Positions 1 through 13,774 of a stretch of 64,000 nt of DNA are shown here, piece by piece. Location: contig NC_087246.1 in NCBI RefSeq assembly GCF_037042905.1, positions 7,752,001 to 7,816,000 on the forward strand. Reading direction: 5' to 3'. A model generated the notes under the pieces. The model saw only the letters and a program-made list of their open reading frames with translations. It made no database searches and was not told the origin of the DNA. The translations under genes were made by a program, and so were the position numbers. Position 1 is the stretch's first letter; every line of letters begins with the position of its first letter. Source of the stretch: Lytechinus pictus (lineage: Eukaryota).

Positions 1-373
1 CGTGCATCTTAGTTAGCTGGATATAAAGGTAAGGTACTTCGCTGTTAATCATACCCATGAAGTGTTAAAAAAGATGTTTATTCACCAAACAGTACAATAC
101 CCCTACCCCATGTGAAAACTATACCCACAAAATACAATCCAGATTTATTTTAGGCTAGGTATCAAGCCTGTCTCCCGCCCTCTTCTCTCTGTCTATAAAC
201 TCTATGTTTCTTTCTCATTTCCTCTTTCTATTCAATGCCCCCCCCCCCTCCCCATGTGCTGTGTTTTCATTTTTAAGGCCATCAAAACATAGCTAGTAGA
301 TATATCTCGTAAACATATACCATTTACACAAATAATTAGAGATGCATGTATGTTCTCTAACTTACTAATAAGG

Positions 374-1393
374 TAATAATAATAATGTGGTTCTTATATA
401 GCGCATTTCAGACCTGAAAGGACTCTCAATGCACTTTACAAAAAATGAAAATTATACAATATAAGGAATTACTCAGAATAACAATTGGCAACAGCAACAT
501 TAATCAGTTACATACATGCATGGCATAAGTATTTGGAAAGGCCTAGTTGAATGCTTCATTAAAAAGAATTGTTTTAAGTTGTGATTTGAAAAGTTCAGGG
601 TTATTTTGTGATCGGAGAGTACTGGGGAGGGAATTCCAAAGGGTTGGGGCACTGTAGGAGAAGGACCTTTCACCATGCGTCTTAGTTCTTAGTCTGGGTA
701 CTTGAAGGAGTAGTTGAGTTGATGATCTAAGTGTCCTAGAGGGGGTGTATGGAGAAACAAGTTCAAAATATATTGAGGGGCAAAACCATGTACAGCATTA
801 AATGTTATTAGGACTTTGAAGCGAATTCGTGAAGTGAAGTTCTTTGAGGATTGGGGTGATGTGGTTGTGTTTCTTGGATCTGGGGGGCAAGTCTTGCGGC
901 TGAATTTTGGATTCTTCGGAGCTTTGCTATATCCGGGGATCCGTACAAAAGACTGTTACACTTATCAAGAAGGGAAGATACAAAAGCATGAATGAGGATC
1001 TCAGTCACATTCTTACTAAGGTATGACCGAATCATTCCAATACGTCTCAGAGCAAACGAGGCCTTGCGACAAACAATATTTACGTATCGGCGCATGTTCA
1101 CATTCTTATAAAAAATGACACCCAGATCACATACTGAAGGAGATGGCAGAACCTGGCTAATCATTGATGTCAAAGGGAGAGCCTCCTGCACTCGTCTGAA
1201 AGGAGATGAAACATGAAGCAACTCCATTTTGCTGTCATTAAGTTTAAGATGATTGCTCACCATCCAGTTCCGTACTTCCTGGAGGCAGATTTCCAGTCTC
1301 CCTACATCATTCTCCCTTTCCGAAGACTTTAAGGAGACGATAAGTTGTGTGTCGTCAGCGTAAATCATTGTAGAGAAACCATGTGCCTGAATG
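374..1393 (-). mobile_element. 5'-truncated, decayed L2/CR1-group LINE (RT C-terminal part and 3' tail)
   Basis: ORF 808..1551 has YADDTQL, NWMVSNHLKLNDSKME, DLGV and LRRIQNSAARL; 3' end gcgctatataaga...(att)n. The frame resumes at 13775-13810 across a 12.4-kb insertion. Confidence 0.9.
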
Positions 1394-3009
1394 TAGTCCA
1401 GATTGGACCTTGTTGTTTGGAAGTGCTTTTTCCCAAAGCTAACATAGAGGGCACATGTCTCCCAATCTCTAATCAGCGCCAATCCACTCATCTTTCCTCC
1501 CCAACAAGGTCCAGTACAAAACTTTGCTGTACCAGAAAAGCTAGGCATCAATCAAACAAGTTACACGGTAGGGGGTCAGGTGCCCTAGTCTCACACGCCA
1601 AACAAGAAACATTTTTACCCAAAACAATTCACCTCAAACAGGGTGAAAAATGCAAAGTTGTGTTGTTGTTTTTTACACTGTAAACATAAGGCTCCGTGTT
1701 CAAGCACTTTAAAAATATCTATTCAGCGCCTTCCTCTCTCGCCAAATGATTCCACCCATGAACCAAGTATCAAAGTTTGAATAAATAGACTACACCAGTC
1801 ACAAAGAGGCAACAGCTGGTAAACATCTCTGGCTCAGGCAGCATCAACAGATCCTGGCCCCCACCCCCATCGTGGTCAATGGGCAGTGGAGGGTCAGGGG
1901 AAACCAGACCAGTGGCCTACAGGTACGACTAGTCTCTTGTACCAAACTCTTGCCTCCACTCAAATACAAGTTTACCCCCAAGGACGACGAAAATACACAG
2001 ATGTGACCGATGTTCTACAGAATAGACATGATAATTTGATATTCACATTTTGTTCTATTGAAATGTTTTTTCTCTTACCCAATGATTTCATCCGTGGAAT
2101 AAGTATTACAGTTTATAAGACTAGACTACGAAAACCAGGACCATGTTGCTTCCATGAAATGACCTTCTGACCTCCATGATAAGGGGCAGTCAGTGGTTTG
2201 TGTATATGGAGCTATATATAGCTCTATGGTTTGGACATGGTTTTTTATTATGTGTTTGCAGTGTATTCCATACTATGGACATCCATATCCATACCCAGCT
2301 AACTGTAATAACATTCATGAAAGATTCTAGAAATACTTTCAAAAGAAATTTTTAAGAACATTTGTATAACATTAATGAAACAATATTCCCCTGATGGTAA
2401 ACATGAAATAAACGTTAATATTATGATGCCAGGCAGATATATTTTCCTAAATGTTACATAGATCTTTACCCATAATTGATGAAAAAAATCAAGACAATAT
2501 TTTTCTAACGTTTTTATAATGTAACATAATTAATGTGAATATTTTTTTCAAACGTTCGATGTTATGATCATCATGATGATAAAAAAGTCATAGATGTTTG
2601 TTTTCAAAATATTTCGACAAAACATTTTTGATGTTATGATTTTCTTAAATATTAGATACATGATAATTTTGCCGTTTTTACATATTGAATTAACATTTTG
2701 ATAGGAACACAATAACATTTTATTGACATCTACATGTACATGAATTGGATGTAAAAATAGCATTTTGAAAATGTTGTTAGAATCAATGACTTGAAATGAA
2801 ATGATCGATATGAAATATGGTTTTACAACAAGTTAACAAAGCATTCTTGAAAATGTTTTCAAGTGTTTTCCAAAATGTTAACTTTAAAAAATATATTAGA
2901 AACATCCTGATAATTTTAACATAAATTGTTGAGAAACAAAACAGATATACAATTTTATAATGTTATATACATGTACGTACATTGGATGTGATAAATGTTA
3001 TGAAGGGCT

Positions 3010-4060
3010 AGAGATGAGCTTATGCCGTGGCGTGGCGTCCATCCACAATTTCAAAATGCTTTTTCTTCACCATAGTTCAAGTCCGATTTCAATTATGTTT
3101 GCTTTATATAATAGCACTAGGTAGGGGATTCAAAACTTCTACATAGAATTTTGAAACTCATTAAATATGCTAATTTATGCGCATTTTTCAAAATTCACAA
3201 AAAATGCTTCTTCTTTATTAGTTGACCGATTTTGAATTGTTTGCTTCCATCTGGTAGAGCTTCATGAAGGTCACGAAACTTCTACACAAAATTTTGAAAA
3301 TTGGCCGGAGTAGAAAATTATTTATGCTAATTTATGTGAAATTCATAAATCACAAAAAATGCCTCTTCGTTATTTATTGACTGAATTTCAAAATGCTGCC
3401 TCTTCGTCATTTCAAGTCTGATTTCAATTCTTTTTGCTTTTAATATGATAGCATTAGGTGGGGGATTCAAACCTTCTACACAGAATTTTGAACCTCATTA
3501 AATATGCTAATTTATGCGCATTTTTCAAAATTCACATAAAATGCTTCTCCTTCGTTATTTGTTGACCTATTTCAGCTTCCTTTTGGTAGCACTTCATGAG
3601 GTTCACCAAATTTCTACACAGAATTTTGAATTTTTGACTAGAAAAAATTTTATGCTAATTTATGCGTATTTTTTAAAATTCACATAAAATGCTTCTTCTT
3701 CTTTAATTGTTGACCAATTTAAAAAAAATTTCTCCTTGTGGGAGAACTTCATGAGGTTCACCAAACTTTTACACACAATTTTGAAATTTTCAGTAGAAAA
3801 TTATTTATGCTAATTTATGCGAAATTTATTCATAAATCAACAGGAAATGCGTCTTCTCATTTGTTGACCGATTTTGATTTTTTTTCCATCTGGTAGATCA
3901 TCATGAGGTTCACCAAACCTGTACATCATTTGTTGATCAATTTTGATTTTCTTTGCTTTATATGATCGCTTTAGGTGGTGATACAAAATTTCAACACAGA
4001 ATTTTTAAACTCATTAAATATGCTTATTTATTTATATATTTTCAAAACTCACTTGATGAT
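3010..4060. repeat. Degenerate ~150-bp tandem array, Helentron/HINE-like non-autonomous element
   Basis: About 6-7 recurrences of aaatgcttcttc...gaccgattt...ttctacacagaattttgaa...tatgctaatttatgc, after a gcgtggcgtccatcc head. Confidence 0.7.
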
Positions 4061-4612
4061 TGATGTCCCTCACTCACAATTTTTGTATGATATTGTTTGA
4101 ATTATAAAATATATTTCAATTTTACAGATTTGACAATAAGGACCAAATTGATCGAACCATAAATTGTTAAAACAAAGGTAATACCACATGTTCAGGGAGG
4201 AACAAAACTTTGTTTCACAGGACAACAGGGATAAAATTGGAATATTCAATATTTCATATAATAAGATACAAAAGAAATAGTGAGTGATGTCATCAGTCCC
4301 CTCATTTGCATACCTGTCCAGGATGTGAATATAACTGTTTTGTGAAAATTATAACTATGAAAGCGAGACTTAAAAATGTCATAACTTTCTTATTTTGCAT
4401 CTGATTTTGATTTAATTTTTCAGAATTATTCTGTTGGATTTTTTCTCTTTTTATTCAAATCAACTTTTTATGGGGTGGACTTGTCCTTGAAGAAACGAAT
4501 AATTATCATGCCATGGGTGTGACAATAACAAACTTTCCCTCAAAATTATGATAATATATATTTTTTTTAAGAACTAAACATTTTTGAAAAAAAGGTTTTC
4601 TAATGTTTTTAT

Positions 4613-7600
4613 TTTATTTGACTTTATTTTACATATTTCACAAGTACAAACAAAATTATGAAAACAATATCAGAAAACTTATGAGAATACAAATCAGACA
4701 AGGCATAACAATTAATTCAATTTAAAGAAAATGGCGATTTGGAATTAAAGACAATATTTAAAAGAATGAAATATGATGGAACCTGCATAAAAAAGCAATG
4801 CTTGTTAAGTTTGCAGGATCCAGAAAAAATGTAGTCTTAAATGAGGAGAGGACAGGAAAGTAAATTGATTATAACAAAGTAATGCCAAAATGTGACGATT
4901 GTGTAAGGAATGCAAAAAATAATAAAATAAATAAATAAAAAGAGTCCGCCACTCTATGAATATTATTTATTACTCATTACTCAGCCAGAGCGTATTAACA
5001 AGTACATGAATATAAAAGTTTACAAAGAGAAATTATAAGAATTGATAAGCATCGCTTTCAATTTACGTTTGAATATATTAAGTGAGGCACTATGTACCAT
5101 ATCATCGGGAAGATCGTTCCAAAACCTGGGCCCTTCAAATGCGATTGTTCTTTGAGCAAGGAGAGTGCGAGTACGTGGAAGGTGATAGGAGTCACTTAGC
5201 CGGGTGGGATATGTGTGGATTAGATTGTTCCTTTGAAACATAGAAAAAAACGTATTGGGCAATTCACCTCTTGAAAGCTGAAACATAAATATACCAACTT
5301 GAAATGCATATATATCAGAAATTTTGAGTACTTTATTTTGGAAAAATAATGGGTTTGTATGGGAATAAAAACCAACTTGATTAACCACTCTAATTGCTCG
5401 TTTTTGTATCGTGAATATTTCATCAATTAAGGTTGTATTGCAATTACCCCAGGCCAATATTCCATAATTCATATGGGATAAAACAAGTGTAGAATATAAT
5501 GTTTTTAAAATGTGATCAGGAAAAAAATATTTTAGTTTATTCAAAATGCCAGTGTTACGAGAAGATAACTTACATATATAATCAATTTGACATTTCCATG
5601 ATAATTCATGATCAATGTAAAGACCGAGAAATTTGGTGGAATTAACTTGTTGCAAATTAACATTGTTTATAATTACATGGTCCGGCAAAGAATTCAAAGA
5701 GTTACTGAAAAGCATAAAATTTGTTTTGTTTACATTGAGTGACAACTTATTTGCTTGAATCCATGTCTGAACAGACCGCAATTCCCTATTCAAAATGGTA
5801 AGTAGTAAATTAGGGTTACGGTGTGACAAAAAAAGGTTCGAGTCATCCGCGAAAAGAATAAATGATAGGTCATTTGATGAATTATCAAAATCATTAATAT
5901 ACAACAAGAAGAGCAGTGGGCCTAGGAGTGATCCTTGCGGTACACCGCAAGAAATAGTTTTCATTTGAGATTTATGGTCTTCTATTGAAACAAATTGTTT
6001 TCTGTTAGTTAGGTAACTCGTGAACCACTCCAAGGCCTTTCCACGCACACCATAATGTGATAACTTGTAAAGCAGAATATCGTGATTAATCGTGTCAAAG
6101 GCCTTGGAAAGGTCCAGGAATACACCAACTGTGTGCAGAGAATTATCAATAGCATTTGCCACTTTGTGAATAAAAGAAAGTAAGGCGTGTACAGTGGAAT
6201 GTTTTTTTCTAAAACCGAATTGAGAATCGCATAAAATATGATTATCAGATAAGAAATTTATCAAACGAGAATAGATTAATCTTTCAAGAATTTTAGACAG
6301 GGAAGTAAGGAGTGAAATTGGACGATAGTTGCTGACAATCCGTCTATCGCCTTTTTTAAACACTGGAACAACCTTGGCTACTTTCATGTTTTGAGGAACC
6401 AGACCAGTTACCAAAGATTGGTTGAATATAAAAGTCAAGGGAGTTAAAATTTCATTAATGACATGTTTTATGACACAATTTGTAAGTTCGTCGCATCCAG
6501 GACTTTTTTTAGGTTTTAAATTGTTTACAATATTTTTAATTTCGAATTCAGTGATCGGAGTAAGGAAAATGGTTTTAGGGTTGGGATTTTTTAGAAAGTA
6601 TTGGAATCTTTTGTCAGGTTCAGGAATATTATGACAAAGAGTTGCACCAATATCGACAAAATAGTTGTTGAACACGTCAGCCATATCTGCAGGATTAACA
6701 ACCGTTACATTATTATTTATAATTTCTTTAGTGAACTCCTTCGATTTCTTTGTTTGTAAAACGTTATTTATCACCTTCCATGTACTCGATGCATCATTTT
6801 TATACTTATTAAATTGATTAGCAAAATACTGTTTTTTAGCTAAACGTATATGGATGTAAGAACGTTCCGATATTGAACATATTTTCGTTTTAAATGACTA
6901 TTTTCAGGATTCTTTTTGTATTTACAATATAAATTGTTTTTACGATTTATTGACTTTAGGAGCGATTTAGAAACCCATAATTAGATCGGGAAATTTTTCT
7001 TAGTGGTATAGTTTCTTGATAAATCGACATAAATATGTCCATAAACTTGTCAAAACAAACATTTACGTCGTGAATATATATATTTCACTCCAGTCAACCA
7101 ATGCCAGTCTTTCCCGAAGTCTAATAATATTGTCATCCGATAAGTCACGAAATGTATGTTTAATATTGTTATCTTTTGAGACTCTATCAAATACAATTTC
7201 AACAAATATTGGACAATGGTCGGATATATCCGATACCAAGATGCCAGATGATATATGGGAAAAATCGTTAACAAAAATATTATCAATTAAGGTTGACGAC
7301 GTATCTGTAATCCGTGTGGGTTTTGTTACTAATGGAATGAAAAAGTTGGATAACATCATATCTATAAATTCTTGATTACATGGGGTATTACGATCTAACA
7401 AGTTCAAATTAAAATCTCCCATTATAAAATCTTTTTTATTATTCAAAACATGCATTGATAAAAGACTTTGAGTGCGATGTAAAAAATCATGGACACTACC
7501 TTTAGGGGGTCTGTATATTTCTCCAACAACTATTTGTTTTTATCAGGTAATTCTATTTGGATAAATATGCATTCAATATCCTCAGACATCACATAAAGCT

Positions 7601-7914
7601 CGGTAAGTTCATTGACTTTCAAGTTATTTGATACATAAAACCCAACCCCGCCTCCTCTTTTGTGTTCCCGATTGTTTGTATAAAAAGTAAAGCCGTCGAT
7701 GGGTACGAGGGATCGCTGCTGGTCATTCAACCACGTTTCAGAAAATCCGATAACGTAATATCCATAACAAAGTTGCTCAATGAATGTATGAAATTGATCG
7801 ATCTTTTTATTAATGCTTCTTATATTATGATGGAGGAGAAAAAGTTTATTTTTTGAATTGCGAGAATGTTTTCCTGAAGTACTAATGAATTGTACAACAA
7901 ACATTCATATTTTG
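4613..7914 (-). mobile_element. CR1-group (Crack/L2-like) LINE, near-complete ORF2 (APE endonuclease + RT) with frameshifts
   Basis: ORF 7530..7904 (NIRSINKK, FSETWL, GGGVGFYV); ORF 7063..7455 (GDFN, PTR, IDNIF, SDH); ORF 5020..6774 (YRPISLL, QFGFR, DLSKAFD, GVPQGSLLGPLLF, FADD). A-rich tail; candidate TSD atgtttttat at 4603-4612 and 7915-7924. Confidence 0.95.
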
Positions 7915-8776
7915 ATGTTTTTATGATATCATAATTTTAAGAAACAAAATAACATTTTACTATAATATCTCTATAATTACGGTAAATAGATATAAAAAAT
8001 ACCATCTTAAAACTTTGGTAAAATTTAATGATAATAGCATTAAAGGTTCTATAAACGGTTATGAAAATATGTTCTCAAAATATTTACGTTAAACATTCTT
8101 GAAAAATGTTTTTTCTTTTGTTTTCGCAAAATGTTTTAAAAAAATATGGAACTCATTTTTTAATCGTTTTTATAATATAATTTGGATATGAACGGGGCAG
8201 CAACAGGAGGGCACCAGGCCCGTCAGATGAATCATGATGATGCAAAACTATACTTTTGATCATTTATAAGACATGTCTTATACTTCATAGACATCACCAT
8301 TATTGTTATAAAAATTGCACTGCACTTTCCGCCTTCATCTGGTGTTTACAAATGCGAAATGATGTTGATATTTTTTTCGAGTTATACCATATTTTTTTAC
8401 TTTTTTACAAAATATTTCATATAATGAAATACAAAAGAAATAGTGAGTGGATGATGTCATCGGTCCCCTCATTTGCATGCCGACCAGGATGTGCATATAA
8501 CTGTTTTGAAAAATTAAGCGAACCTTTAAAATGTTATAACTTTCTTATTTTACATCCGATTTGATGAAATTTTCAGTGTTACGTTTGTTTGATTTTTCTC
8601 TTTCTATTTAATCAGCTTTTTGTTGGTGTGGACTTGTCCTTTAACTTATAAGGCCAAATCTACTGAAAATAATAAAATATTTTTTTTTGTTGATATGATA
8701 CAATAATTTTGATTGGCGCATATACCTTTTTTTGTATGAGAGCACCGCTAAAAACCAAACAACAACAGTGAAAATA

Positions 8777-9387
8777 CCGTATGGGTACCAGTATTCAACC
8801 TGGCATAATTAAAAGATTTTGACATATTCCCCCAAATATTTAGAAATCGGGAATTTATCTTAATTTCATACCTTTGTTATTTCCAGGGTAATCTGTTGTC
8901 AATATTTTCTTTGTCAATCTGTTGACTGTATGCGCGGAGGATCGAATTATGTGGCGATGGCCTTTTGCACTGAATGGTACTAGTATTCAACCTAGTGAGG
9001 ATAGATAGGGAATCTTAAAATGGTTTGGATCGCTAAATTAGATCTAGATCTATGCAAGTCTCTGGCTTTGATTAATTCCCTGTTTGGTCTCATCTCAAAT
9101 GGTCTAGTCAATAGTCGGATGGGACAAGGGCAGATTGAGAGACAGGGCCATCTTTCATCGCTAGGTTGAATACTAGTACCGACGGATTGAATACTAGTAC
9201 CAAAAACCGTCGCCGTAAAATTTGATCGCCCGTGCACGCAGTTGACGGGTTGAAGAAAAAAATAACGGAATAAAAATAACTAGCATTTGCTCTTGGAAAT
9301 AAGACAGGTCTGAAATTCAGGTAAATTCCATATTTCTGTATATTTGAAGAAACTCTCCAAACGGGTTGAATACTAGTACCCTTCCGG
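8777..9387. mobile_element. Tc1/mariner-pogo-type MITE
   Basis: TA-flanked TIRs ccgtatgggtaccagtattcaacc / ggttgaatactagtacccttccgg; the same 17-mer recurs internally at ~8976, 9164 and 9185. Confidence 0.8.
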
Positions 9388-10111
9388 TAGTAATTGTGAC
9401 GATGGTATTTTGGAATCATGGAATGTAGTTTGTTCCTGGGTTGTTCGAACAATTACGTTATGCCAACGTTGTGAAACATTCAACGTTGGAAAAACGTTTG
9501 GCAATCTGGACATATTCATTAGCCAGAGAATGACAAAAATTTCAGCTTATGTATACGTGATTATGTTTACGTACCTGTTAAAAGTTTCACAAAAGTATGG
9601 AGCCTGATTAACATATCATTAATGTATTAAATAGATCATTCATATAGGTAAAATTTTCAAGGTATATATAGAAAAATTATAATGTATTCTGCCAGGTATC
9701 GGAGAGTCGTCTCATATATATATATAGGAATCAATGGCAGTTTTCAGTGGATAGGTGTATACACAATGATAGGTTTAAGATAAGGATAGGATTAGAATAG
9801 GATAAAATATTTTGTGGGATAAAGTTGAAGAGATGAACTTCACCTTGAAAGCACATTAAAATTTTGAAAACATTCACTTGTAACATTAGTAAGATACCAT
9901 TGCAACATTTTCTCAACATTTTTAGAATACTAAACATTAACAATTATATTTTTATTTTTTTAACTGTTACTGTTAGATCTAGCTAACTTAATATACAATT
10001 GTCCATCAAATTGAATAGCTCAAGGAAGGATGAAGTTTATCAAATTTGAACAGAATTTGTACTTGCCAAAATTTTCATAATTTTCAATTTCTTGATAAAA
10101 AACTCATCTTT

Positions 10112-10697
10112 GGTCAAGTCCATCCCAACAAAAACTTGATTTTAATAAAAAGAGAAAAATCCAACAAGCATAATACTGAAAGTGAAAATAATAAGAAGTT
10201 ATGACATTTTAAAGTTTCACTTCATTTCACAAAACAGTTATATGCCGCACATCTCGGTTGGTATGCAAGTGAGGGAACTGATGACATCACTCACTCACTA
10301 TTTCTATTGTATTTTATTAGATGAAATATTTTGATTTTCTCGTCATTGTCATGTGAAATAAAGTTTCATTCCTCCCTGAACACGTGGAATTCCATTATTT
10401 GAACATTTTATGGTGCAGGCAAGGAGGTCCTAATAGTCAATTTTTAAAAATTAAAATATTGTATAATTCAAACAATAAAAAACAAAAGAAATGGTGAGTG
10501 AGTGACATCATCAACTATCTCATTTGGATGTAACTGACTCGTTCATATAACTATTTTGTGAAAAATAAGCGAAACTTTTAAATGTCATAACTTTCTTATT
10601 TTAATAACATCCGATTTTGATAAAATTTTCAGCATTGTGCTTGTCTGATTTTTCTCTATTGATTCTAATCAATATTTTTCTGAGGTGGACTTGACCT
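10112..10697. mobile_element. Palindromic MITE, Kolobok-like; partial copies at ~4060-4490, 8400-8644, 18520-18800, 57460-57880 and 59540-59880
   Basis: Long imperfect TIRs ggtcaagtcca...tggacttgacct followed by TTAA; shared motifs gacatcatc...ctcatttg and ataactttcttatttt...ccgattttgat. Confidence 0.78.
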
Positions 10698-11058
10698 TTA
10701 ATTTCCATTTTATTTTCATTCATTTTGCACAACAAATTAGTATAATTAGAGCAAATGGTAAATGGAGTTAATGGCTATTGGCCAACTGGTCATTAGACGG
10801 AATGACATTAAACTAAATTTAAAGTAGTGGTGAGAGGACAAACTGATAGTAGATCAAATAGACAGTTGGCAAATGGACGAATTGGCGTTAGATAGGAACT
10901 CAGTACCCAATTATGGAGTTACAAACTCATCAAATACATTTGAAACAACTTAGCTCCATGCATGTATCATAGAGTTATAGCTCCATGCATGTATGTATTG
11001 CATTACACTGACTGCCCCTTATCATGGAGGTCAGAAGGTCAATTCATGGAAGCAACAT

Positions 11059-13023
11059 GGGCCTGTTGCATGAAAGGGTCTTTCGTAGAACCATTCTACG
11101 TAAGAACGAGATATCGCTCAACTGTTTCACAAAGCCGATTTGGGCGATACGAAGAATGGTCCTTGGAAAGACACCTCCAGACATGTCATACGTATATAGG
11201 CATGATCTTCTTTGCACAACGCCCGCCACCGTCGGCATTGAGAAAAAATGCGTTTACGGCAAGCCACACTGACATATCACATTTAAAAACATTTTTTAGG
11301 GGGTTGATGATGCATTTTATCTGGGATGGCGCCAAGTTATTTTTTATATGGGGGTTAGTTGTCATCAATTTCAGGTCGACAAGACGACCAAAAACGGATG
11401 TCATTTTAACTTCTCCGGGGGTATAATGTAGGCCCAAATTACTTGTTTAAATATGTTTTATTTTATTCTCCCTCCGTCCTATCCCCACCCCTTTTCCATT
11501 AAAAGATAAATAAACTTGAACTATCGAAACGGGCGGCACTATCTCTCTGACCCCTCATGCTTCCTCATTATAGATAATTAAACAACATGAAAACAAATTT
11601 CTTTAAAAGAAATTATGTAATTATGTAAATTAAAAAAACGTGTTCATAACGTTCAGCAAAAAAAAAAAAAAAAAAAAAAAAAACACGATAAAAAACTAAG
11701 ATATTAAACATGCTAAATCGTTTATTTAATTTTATTTTAATTTTCATTATGATTATTATTCTTTATGAGATTAATTTTAATCAATGAAAATTAATTCTTG
11801 CATTTGGGATGACTTGAGATGAGAAAATAGCTAATTGAATTTAAGATAAGGCTTATAGCTAACGAATCTATCACAACTTACAAATGAAGATAAGTTCATC
11901 AAAGAAAAGATTATGGAAAGTCCATACGAAGAGGCGCATTTTAAATCGTAGGGTAGGCTCCTTTCGGCTCTTATGCCACTGTTAAAGAAATCACGGTAGT
12001 CTCTACTCCTTAATTAACTTTGACATGTTGAACATATACATTTTTTTATATTCTTAAACCTTATATTCTATTATATAAACTTCCATAAAGTAAATGATCA
12101 ACTTCAAATATGACAAACGTTTATGATCTTTGTATTTTTAGCATTATTTCTGTTAATAGTATTTTTTCCATTGTGGATTGCTTTTTCTATGTTTTAATTA
12201 TTATTGCAAAGTACTACTTTATTCACTTGGACATGTTTGCACCAATGTTCATATTTTTCTTGTCTTCGGTTACTCGTCATGGAACTGATGTATGTTTATA
12301 CTTTAAACACTCACATTTGTATTTCTTGCGTTATATCTGACAAATAAAATAAATGAATTAGATTTTTCACACGCAGCCTCTCATATTTTCTTTTTTAGTC
12401 TCATACAATCAGACTCTGTTGATTTTGTTCACTCCATTCAAACCCTATTTCTACCTCAACAAATAACATATTAACGCATAATTTGCAAAATTATCATTAT
12501 ACATAAGTATTCTATTAAAATACAAAATATTGAACTAATAAAATGTTGAAATTACTTAGTTAAATCTATTTTTATATCGGACAAGGGTCTCTTTCGTTGA
12601 AATATCAATGAAAGGTGTCTCTAAAAGGACACCGTGTTCTAAATAAGGGAAATAAGGGAAATAATGAAAATTTCGATTTTATTCAGTTATGTTTGTGAAT
12701 CTTTAAAGTTATTTCTATTTTTACCTCATAAAGTAAGCTCCATACATCAATTCTACAATCAGTAATAAATAAAACATTATTTGATCTCCTTTTATTGAAA
12801 TAAATGATTTTATGAAAAGTCGTCATTCCGAAATAAAAGGTTCAGGTGACGATGAAGACTAAATATTTTTCCGATACTATCGATATAAAACGATGTCGCG
12901 GACTTGGAAGACAAAATTGCCTTCGTGAAACGGAAAGCGCTGATTTGTCGCCAATCTTCCTATCTCGGAAGAATGGTCCTAGGACGTTCCTACGTATCGC
13001 TCATCTCGTCATGCAACAGGCCC
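11059..13023. mobile_element. ~2-kb non-autonomous PIF/Harbinger-like element inserted into the inner part of the right TIR of the 12.4-kb element
   Basis: TIR gggcctgttgcatga / tcatgcaacaggccc; 3-bp flanks cat/cag; removing it restores the inverted match to 2143-2195. Confidence 0.78.
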
Positions 13024-13774
13024 CAGGTCCTGGTTTTCGTAGTCTAGTCTTATAAACTGTAATACTTATTCCACGGATGAAATCATTGGGTAAGAGAAAA
13101 AACATTTCAATAGAACAAAATGTAAATATCAAATTATCATGTCTATTCTGTAGAACATCGGTCACATCTGTGTATTTTCGTCGTCCTTGGGGGTAAACTT
13201 GTATTTGAGTGGAGGCAAGAGTTTGGTACAAGAGACTAGTCGTACCTGTAGGCCACTGGTCTGGTTTCCCCTGACCCTCCACTGCCCATTGACCACGATG
13301 GGGGTGGGGGCCAGGATCTGTTGATGCTGCCTGAGCCAGAGATGTTTACCAGCTGTTGCCTCCTTGTGACTGGTGTAGTCTATTTATTCAAACTTTGATA
13401 CTTGGTTCATGGGTGGAATCATTTGGCGAGAGAGGAAGGCGCTGAATAGATATTTTTAAAGTGCTTGAACACGGAGCCTTATGTTTACAGTGTAAAAAAC
13501 AACAACACAACTTTGCATTTTTCACCCTGTTTGAGGTGAATTGTTTTGGGTAAAAATGTTTCTTGTTTGGCGTGTGAGACTAGGGCACCTGACCCCCTAC
13601 CGTGTAACTTGTTTGATTGATGCCTAGCTTTTCTGGTACAGCAAAGTTTTGTACTGGACCTTGTTGGGGAGGAAAGATGAGTGGATTGGCGCTGATTAGA
13701 GATTGGGAGACATGTGCCCTCTATGTTAGCTTTGGGAAAAAGCACTTCCAAACAACAAGGTCCAATCTGGACTA

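Larger units (their letters stand above)
1394..13774. mobile_element. 12.4-kb non-autonomous DNA transposon with 749-bp TIRs and 9-bp TSD (AcademH-like; MULE or Foldback not excluded)
   Basis: 1394-2142 is the reverse complement of 13026-13774 (about 2 mismatches seen). TSD gcctgaatg at 1385-1393 and 13775-13783; termini TAG..CTA. Confidence 0.92.

Noticed and set aside
1345..2170. ORFs 1345..1683 and 1886..2170 with near-identical partners at 13485..13820 and 13001..13282 as duplicated genes
   Set aside because: They lie in the two TIR arms, have non-ATG starts and show no recognisable domain.
10962..11437. Overlapping ORFs up to 154 aa as a Harbinger-encoded protein
   Set aside because: No DDE or Myb/SANT motif was recognised; the frames span a TE junction and a GC-richer terminus.
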